Positions 47,236 to 54,982 of a DNA stretch of 54,982 bases are shown piece by piece. The first letter of the stretch is position 1; every line of letters starts with the position of its first letter. The stretch lies in contig NC_068995.1 in NCBI RefSeq assembly GCF_001194135.2, forward strand, positions 9,627,051-9,682,032, in the 5' to 3' direction. A program made the position numbers and the translations under genes. The DNA comes from Octopus bimaculoides (Eukaryota). Below the pieces are notes generated by a model. That model saw only the letters and a list, made by a program, of their open reading frames with translations. It was not told the DNA's origin and did no database searches.

Positions 47236-47644
47236 TAGACTGTCCCCCCTCCCTCTCTCTCTATATTCTTACTCCCCCCTTTCCCCCTCTTTATTCCTCA
47301 CACACATAACGTTCATTACCTTCCCGCTCACTCATTCATAACCCAATCACTCACTCCCTCTCTTTTTCTACACACATACTCACACTCGCAAACGTATACA
47401 CGCTCCTACATCTACGCAATCCCATATACACACAGATGTATATGTGCACTCGGCACTTTTATACCTTGGCTTTGGCTAGATCGAATCTTCTTACACGATC
47501 TTCTGCTTTAAAATAGTAGATAATATTGGTGGGGGGAAAATAACAGTGAGATATTGATATACTATACACGCACACACACACGCACATATATATGCACTAA
47601 CATGTCACATATATAAAACTCTATAGATATATATTAATACATAG

Positions 47645-47679
<35 letters not shown>

Positions 47680-48682
47680 ATAAATATTATTATGGTATGC
47701 TTTCGTTCTGCGATTTTCTCATTTCTGTCTTTGAATACGAAGACAGAATAGAAACCATCAACAGTGGAACTGATATTGTAAGCAAACAGTACTTTGGTCG
47801 GTGAGATTGGCCATTTTCACACATACACATACACGCATACAAACATATACACCCAGTTTATACATATATATATATATGTATATAGATATATATATCCTTC
47901 AGATATTTCCACACGGTGTGTTCACGTACAGGCTTGCTACTTGACAAACTAACACACAAACACACACAGGCTCTCGTAGATATCTATAAATTTATATATA
48001 GATATTCGTATATATATTTTAATATATATATATATACATAGAGAGAGTGAGAGTGAGTGAGAGAAAGAGCCTCATACATCCATACAAGCATATATAATAT
48101 ATATATATACACACACCCTCGTGAAAGAGCAGGAGTACATTTGCCAGTTTTGTGCGGTGTGTCACCGCTCTCTTACAATTTAATATTTATTTACAGGAAC
48201 GGTATTAACTTCTAATATATATATCTATTTCTATATATACATAGATTGTCTGTGCATATATATAAATATTTATATATATATATATATATCCATATACACA
48301 TATATATATATAAATATATATATAACTATTAATAAATTTACATATGTATATGTATAAGCAATACAATATACATTTATCCTGAAAACGGAGGATAAAGACA
48401 AATATATATATATATACATATATATAATTATATACACGTATATATATATATCAGCACACACATACATATAGATATATACATATACATGTATAAATGATAG
48501 ATATATTGCTGTTGTAAGCACCGTAGTTGAAGAAAGGGGTTTATTTACCCGCTAAAACATAGGAGTCCCATATCTACAGCATTCAGATACTATATATATA
48601 TATATATATAAATTATATATACACATTGTATATATTTATACACACTCCTTAACGCCGTGAAGTTCTTACAAAAATAGGAATC

Positions 48683-48727
48683 ATGTCTTTCGCTGGATTA
48701 AGGAAGCAGATTAACAAAGCCAATCAG
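48683..48727 (+). CDS. endoA: Endophilin-A (SH3GL family) first coding exon, N-terminal amphipathic helix H0
   Basis: ATG TCT TTC GCT GGA TTA AGG AAG CAG ATT AAC AAA GCC AAT CAG|GTAAGG = MSFAGLRKQINKANQ. Nearly identical to the recalled Drosophila EndoA start (MAFAGLKKQINKANQ) and similar to vertebrate MSVAGLKKQFHKATQ. Exon 2 was not found within the window. Confidence 0.93.
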
Positions 48728-49353
48728 GTAAGGACCATCACCACTGATTTCCTTTTTTCGCTTTATATACATACATACATACATACATGAACACGTGTAC
48801 ACACACACAGCTGTTTGTACATTGACATCTAACCATATACATACACGACACACGTATATTACACACATGTATATACACGTACGTACACGAAATTATATAT
48901 GTATACACACATTTTATTTATATATACGTATGAAATTACATACATACATACATACATGCACAAACTCGTGTATACATGTACATAAAGGAAATTATACAAA
49001 TATCTATCCATCTCTCTCTCTTTCTTTCTCTCTCTCTCATACACACACACATATACATGTATATACGTGTGTATATATGATATGATTTCAAATGATATTT
49101 CGAAAATATATTCAAGGAGTAAATATATTCTAAAGGAAGACAAAAAAATCAATCTCGGATTACCAGCTGAGTGATTGGAAACGTGTAATTCAAGCGAACT
49201 GTAATTAGGAGTCCTTCATTTATTATGCCTTAAAGAATGCTCTACACATATCGTAATATTTATTGGGTTCTGCAATTTATCATCGTTTCTGGTTGGTGAA
49301 TCAACAGAAATATCGACCTTTTAGCTCAGATCAAAGTGTGTGTTTGTGTAATA

Positions 49354-49388
<35 letters not shown>

Positions 49389-49390
49389 GC

Positions 49391-49449
<59 letters not shown>

Positions 49450-49753
49450 CATCATTATGTAAAATACACATATATACATGCTTGAATGAAATAATACACA
49501 CGTATATTCATATATGTACACACATACACATTTACTAATAATAACCACGAATATATATGTATATATATATATAAAAAACGTATATGTATACATGTTTGAA
49601 TAATATATATTATGTATATATATGTATATATATATTTGATACACGTGTAGGGAGACTTGACAACAAACGAGTACCTGTATGTACATGTATACATGTTTTC
49701 GTCTCAAATTATCTGTGAATATGTATGTGTGTGTATGTGAATACACATGTACG

Positions 49754-49788
<35 letters not shown>

Positions 49789-50096
49789 TAGGATACACGC
49801 CTGCATTCCCACATGTCTCCATCTACATATGCACACTCACACACACGCATTTATATATACACATACACATGCATATATATATATGTATATACACATATGT
49901 CTATACACACACACACCTACACTTTTACTAATTGCCGATTTGTCCTTGTGTGTTCTATTGATACGTTCGATCCCAATCATTGTACACTACCACTATCATT
50001 CTGTTCTGTGGGAACCGTTATTTCACCAGCTGTGGCTTGCTTATTCATCGTTAGTCTACGAAATATATCTGTGTTCGATTTGATCCTTCGACTATC

Positions 50097-50132
<36 letters not shown>

Positions 50133-51954
50133 TCGTGCCTGCCTGCCTGCCTGTCTGTCTAATTAGTGGGATATATGTATATATTACTACAAATATGTAT
50201 GTGCGTGTGTATAAGATCTTTTCCTATCTATGTATCGATACAAATTTGCCAATAAATATAACGTTTTGTATCTGAAATCTATCTAGCTATACACACATAC
50301 ACAAGACCCAGTAGGTTGCGGCCATGCTGGAGTCCCCAAAATACATTTGCTTAAGTTGATCGTTCGCTATGTTGTCTGTATCAAGAAATTCAGTCGGATG
50401 CATTTCGTGCGTTTGTCTTCGAGTTCAAATCCGACTCGAACGATTACTTGTTTAACACCGTCCTTCTAGATTGTGTGTGTGTATGTGTATGCGCGCGAGC
50501 ACAGACACTATATAACTCACACATGCATGTGTATACATGTATATACAATCACTATACATCAAGCTACACATATCCACATGCTAGAAACTACGCATACACA
50601 CGTATGCATGCATGTTGTGTGTATGTATATATATATATGTATATATATATATATGATATGGTGTTCTTGGAGAATAGAGTCGATAGTTATCTCGTGCGGC
50701 AAAAACTGCAATTTTTTTCGGTTGTGTATATTTTAAGCATTACAGATTACAATTCTGGAAAAGGGTGGGAAATGAAAAAAAGTTTTCCCCTTCCTCCACA
50801 TTTCAGTTTTGGCTTAATTCTACAGTCCCACCTCCCGTCAGATTTATGTTTTAAACATTTGAGATGAGAATTCTTTAAAAAATATACTCGACTTCTTAAA
50901 CCCTAAATCTAAAAAAATAAAAAATAGTTAAAAAAAAAATTTTTTTTCGAAAACAGAGTCTCAGAGTTGAAATATTACGTAGAAGCGGGTGAGACAGAAA
51001 CCTCTTCACCATCCATCCTTATCTTCTTTGCAGAATTGTCATCTAAGATATGGTTAAAGCACGCACACATCCCCAATCCAAGGAAATTACGACTCTATTC
51101 TACAGGAACGCAATATATATAATATATATAATTGTATTTTGACTAGTTGAATTTATACTGAAGACTGAGCAGTCCTATTGTGTTGTAATCTATTTTATTT
51201 CAATTATTATTTCGTTTTGTAATTGCTTTTTTCTCTAAATACAATCCCAAGTGTTTGTTAGCATTCAGTTGACAGTTTCTTGTCATCCTAGTTCAGTATA
51301 GTTTTAATTATTTCATTTTACTGCATCGTCGACGTGGGACGGGTAGCTTCCCGTAGCCCCCGTTATTTATTATTTATTGTTTTTTCAGGACCTCCTAGAT
51401 TGGAGGCGAGCAGGCAGGCAGGCTGGGAATTATTCTCAAACGAGTTGCTTGGCCCAGGGAACTCTACTAATGGCTAACAGTGTCCGAAGTCCGGGTGGTG
51501 AGGGTTAAATCGGGTAGAATGTCAAATCTATCACAACCTACTCTTGCATTCCAAACTCAAAAGAGTCGGAAGAAAAACTACAAGAACACCCCCGTCCATT
51601 GCTCTAACGATTCTGGTAATCTATGGTCGTGGACTTGGCAATACTAATTCATTTTATTGACCCCCTCCCCTGCCCTAAAGGATGAAAGACAAAGCTGACA
51701 TCGGTGGGATTTGAACGCAAAGCTCGTCGAGTATTTTGTCCTGTGCTGTAACGGTTCTTGCCAAGTCACCGAATTTAAATTGCAAGATTCCAACTGAGGA
51801 TTGTATATATGTGTGTATATGCATGTATGCATGCGCGCTACATTTATACACATACATATATACGAAGACCGATGCCTACATGTAGATAGATATATATATA
51901 TGTAGATTGACATGCATACGTGTGTATATATATATATAGTCACATGTAAATACG

Positions 51955-51993
<39 letters not shown>

Positions 51994-52024
51994 TAAACAT
52001 TGGTTCACACATACATAGACGTGT

Positions 52025-52104
<80 letters not shown>

Positions 52105-52329
52105 ATAATCGCTCATACACACACATTAGAGTAGTCTGTGTGTCTCCCTTCAATAAATATCGGTGCGTTTTTTTTTTTTTTTTTTTCACAGAATCTTTTT
52201 TCAGTTTTTTTTTGTCTGTTTCGTGTTGTGGCAATATGCGGTAAAGAAAAGGTTCTTTGATAAGCAACCTTGGCATTGGTAAATATAATAAGGCTTATCA
52301 CCTAACCCCCGACTCTCTAGCACCGACAT

Positions 52330-53128
52330 GCCACTGTTATCCTCCATTTTTCATCACCATCAGCCTTTCACCACCCTCACAGCCACCGTCACCACCACCA
52401 CCACGGCAGCCACCACCGTCATCATCATCATCACAACCACCAATACAACCACCATCACCATCATCATCATCGTCACGAGCATCACAATCATCACCATCAT
52501 CACCGCAACTACCATCATTACCACAATTACTGTCACCATCATCATCATCACAACCATCATCATCATCATCACAACCACCATCGCCGTCATCATCAGCACC
52601 AGCATCCCCTACGCCTCCACATGGCATTTACATCTCAACAGCGCCACCATCACCGCCACCCATCTCCATCACCACCACCACCACCACCACCACTCTAGCA
52701 TCTCCCTTCATCCTTACAATCCTCCTCCTCCTCCTCCTCCACACCCTCTATCGCCCTCCACTCGTCATTTGCAACTCAAGGCTCCTCTCAACCACCCCAC
52801 ACCACCTTCGCCTTTGTACCCCTTTTTTCTCCCCCCCCTCTAAACGAAGGGCGTCTGGGTGGGAGCAGAATGGGTTTTTTTTTATGTGATGGAGAGAGTC
52901 TCCTGATTTACTTTGTCGCCGTTTTTTCCTTCCCTCATTTCCTTTCCCCCCGCATCATCATCATCATCATCATACCACCACCACCACCATACCGCCATCT
53001 TTCGAGTACACTCTCCTCCCACTCCCCCACCCTCACCCCCATCCACCTTCCGCTGCCAACTTATTTCGCTGCCTTCGTTTTTTTTAATTGCTAACATGTA
53101 TTCAAACATTCGCCGCCTTCGTCATCAC

Positions 53129-53160
<32 letters not shown>

Positions 53161-53178
53161 CTGTTCTTCTATTCAACA

Positions 53179-53219
<41 letters not shown>

Positions 53220-53288
53220 CTCTTGTATTCAAGCATCGTCGTCGTTGTCATAGTCTTCGTCATCGTCACCACCAGCATCACCACCTCC

Positions 53289-53350
<62 letters not shown>

Positions 53351-53360
53351 CGTCGTCATC
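52330..53360. repeat. Compound CAT/CAC/CCT trinucleotide microsatellite region
   Basis: Seen directly. Similar blocks lie at 45985-46250 and 53870-54640. Confidence 0.93.
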
Positions 53361-54982
53361 ATCTCTGAGGCGTGGATTGGCAGAGTGAGTTGGGTGTCGG
53401 GCAAAATATGACTTTAACAGCGGTAATGTTATTTCGTTCCTTCCCCTCTGTACGTTCTGAGTTCAAATCATACCGAAATCAACTTTGCATGTTTTTTTTT
53501 CTCTTAATATATATATATATATATTATCTTCGAAACGTCAGGTTAGAATAGAGGCAGCTGATGAAGGAATATTCCAAGTGGCTTTCCGTTTTCCTGTGTT
53601 CGTTCCGTTGTCTGTAGTTCATTGTTCTAACGTCCTGTACCCTGATATGCATATATATACACATGTAGATGTAAATATGTACATATATGTGTGTATACAT
53701 GTATATATATTCTTTGTATTATATATATACGTATATTTTATATTGTTCGTCCTACCGAACGAAGATCGATCAAATAAAAAAGTATTTAGTCAAGTGCTAC
53801 TAGCATTGATTTAATATTTCTATAATGCATCCTAGATGGGAATAAAATTAAAATACTCGAGAGATGATCATCGTCAGCAGCATCGTCACCATCATAATCA
53901 TAACGAACTTCAGTGTCCTCCTTCTCCACCTCCTTCCTTTCATCATCATCATCATCATCATCAACATCAGTAGTACACTGAACATACGAACACCATATCA
54001 TTATTACAACCGCCAACGTGCGGTCACCATCACCAATTATCAATGAACAAGCCTGTACGCATATCGCCCGATCTGCTAGAAATAGCAGCCTAGCATCTTT
54101 GAAGACAGTCGTCTTCAAGAGAGAGAGTGAGCGGAAAAAAAGGTGAAGGTCACATTTTATATAATACATGCAGTTTTAGATGCCCCTAAAGGGACATGGT
54201 GGTCGTGGCTGGAACGCCTTTGGATATAAGTCAGAGAAATCTCACCTGGGGTTGAATAACACACCACCAACACCACCACCACCACCATCATTGCCACCGC
54301 CGCCAGCAACAGTAATAATTATGACTAACCATTGCTACGACCATCACAACCACTATCATCACCATCATCAGTAGAAGCATCATCATTATTAACATCACCG
54401 GTATCTTCGACGCCACCACCACCACCACCACCATCATTATCAATACCTCCATCGACATCGTCGCCATCATATGCATAAGGCTGGGTATTCACTTCCGTCA
54501 CCTCCATCACGCTAGCCAGCCAGCCAGCCAGCCAGCATCAGTGTTTCGTACCACCTGCCTCATCATCATCATCATCATCATCATCAATTACTACAGCAAC
54601 ATTAGTATCGTCACTACCACCACCATCGTCATCATCATTTCCTCATCTTTTCTCAGCATCACTTAATAAACACGCCCTCACTACCGTTACCATTGTCACC
54701 ATCAACATTGAGGCTTTTATACAAGCCGACGAGGAAAACCCTAAGTAGTCATTTGACCTGCTAGAAGCAGCAGACAAATGCCCTCTCTCCCCCTACTCCA
54801 TCTCCTATCACTTTCTCATTGGCGAGCTGGCAGAATCGTTACCACGCCGGCATTTCATTCTTTCGGGGTTCGGTAAAATAAAGTTCCAATTAATATAATC
54901 GTTTAGCATCCAAATTTCAGGCCTCGTGCCTGTTAATAAAAAGCAATTTTTAAAATAAAGGCGGTGAACTGGCAAAATTACT

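Noticed and set aside
49150-49340. Enhancer-like island with E-box, TAATT and TCF (AGATCAAAG, 49328) motifs
   Set aside because: Short motifs of this kind are expected by chance, and without conservation data there is no support.
51644-53411. ORFs of 100-210 aa (for example 52257-52889, 51644-52276)
   Set aside because: They derive from di- and trinucleotide repeats, and several frames on both strands are open at once.
48728-54982. Endophilin-A exon 2 (expected EKxGGAEGTKLD)
   Set aside because: I found no such sequence on the plus strand, so the intron extends beyond the window.
1-54982. snRNA, snoRNA or miRNA genes (looked for because SNAPC3 is present and the introns are many)
   Set aside because: I recognised no convincing Sm-site, C/D, H/ACA or pre-miRNA structure by eye. 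An Infernal/Rfam scan would be needed to exclude them.

Overview
AT-rich, repeat-dense animal genomic scaffold with nine N gaps (431-1273, 5499-5508, 6598-6883, 17237-17608, 26935-26958, 29351-29360, 35201-35235, 35950-36670, 42514-42760). The SINE families and microsatellite load point to a coleoid cephalopod, most likely Octopus (inference). I reconstructed three spliced genes by hand from splice sites, phases and translation. (1) The 3' five coding exons of SNAPC3 (+, stop at 5330). (2) A nearly complete 15-exon CHAF1A/CAF-1 p150 gene (-, ATG 28102 to stop 7378), with one exon mostly hidden in an N gap. (3) The 45-nt first coding exon of endophilin-A (+, 48683-48727, MSFAGLRKQINKANQ), which is too short for the ORF track. 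The layout is SNAPC3 tail-to-tail with CHAF1A, and CHAF1A head-to-head with endophilin-A. This mirrors the human CHAF1A/SH3GL1 divergent pair and is the most interesting signal. The rest is SINEs of at least four families, MITEs, decayed mariner, R4/Dong, RTE-like and Penelope-like fragments, and simple repeats. Most entries in the ORF track are artefacts of gaps, microsatellites, SINEs or antisense shadows. I see no clearly novel multi-gene system. Gene names and vertebrate comparisons come from recalled sequence, not from a database search, and repeat boundaries are approximate.
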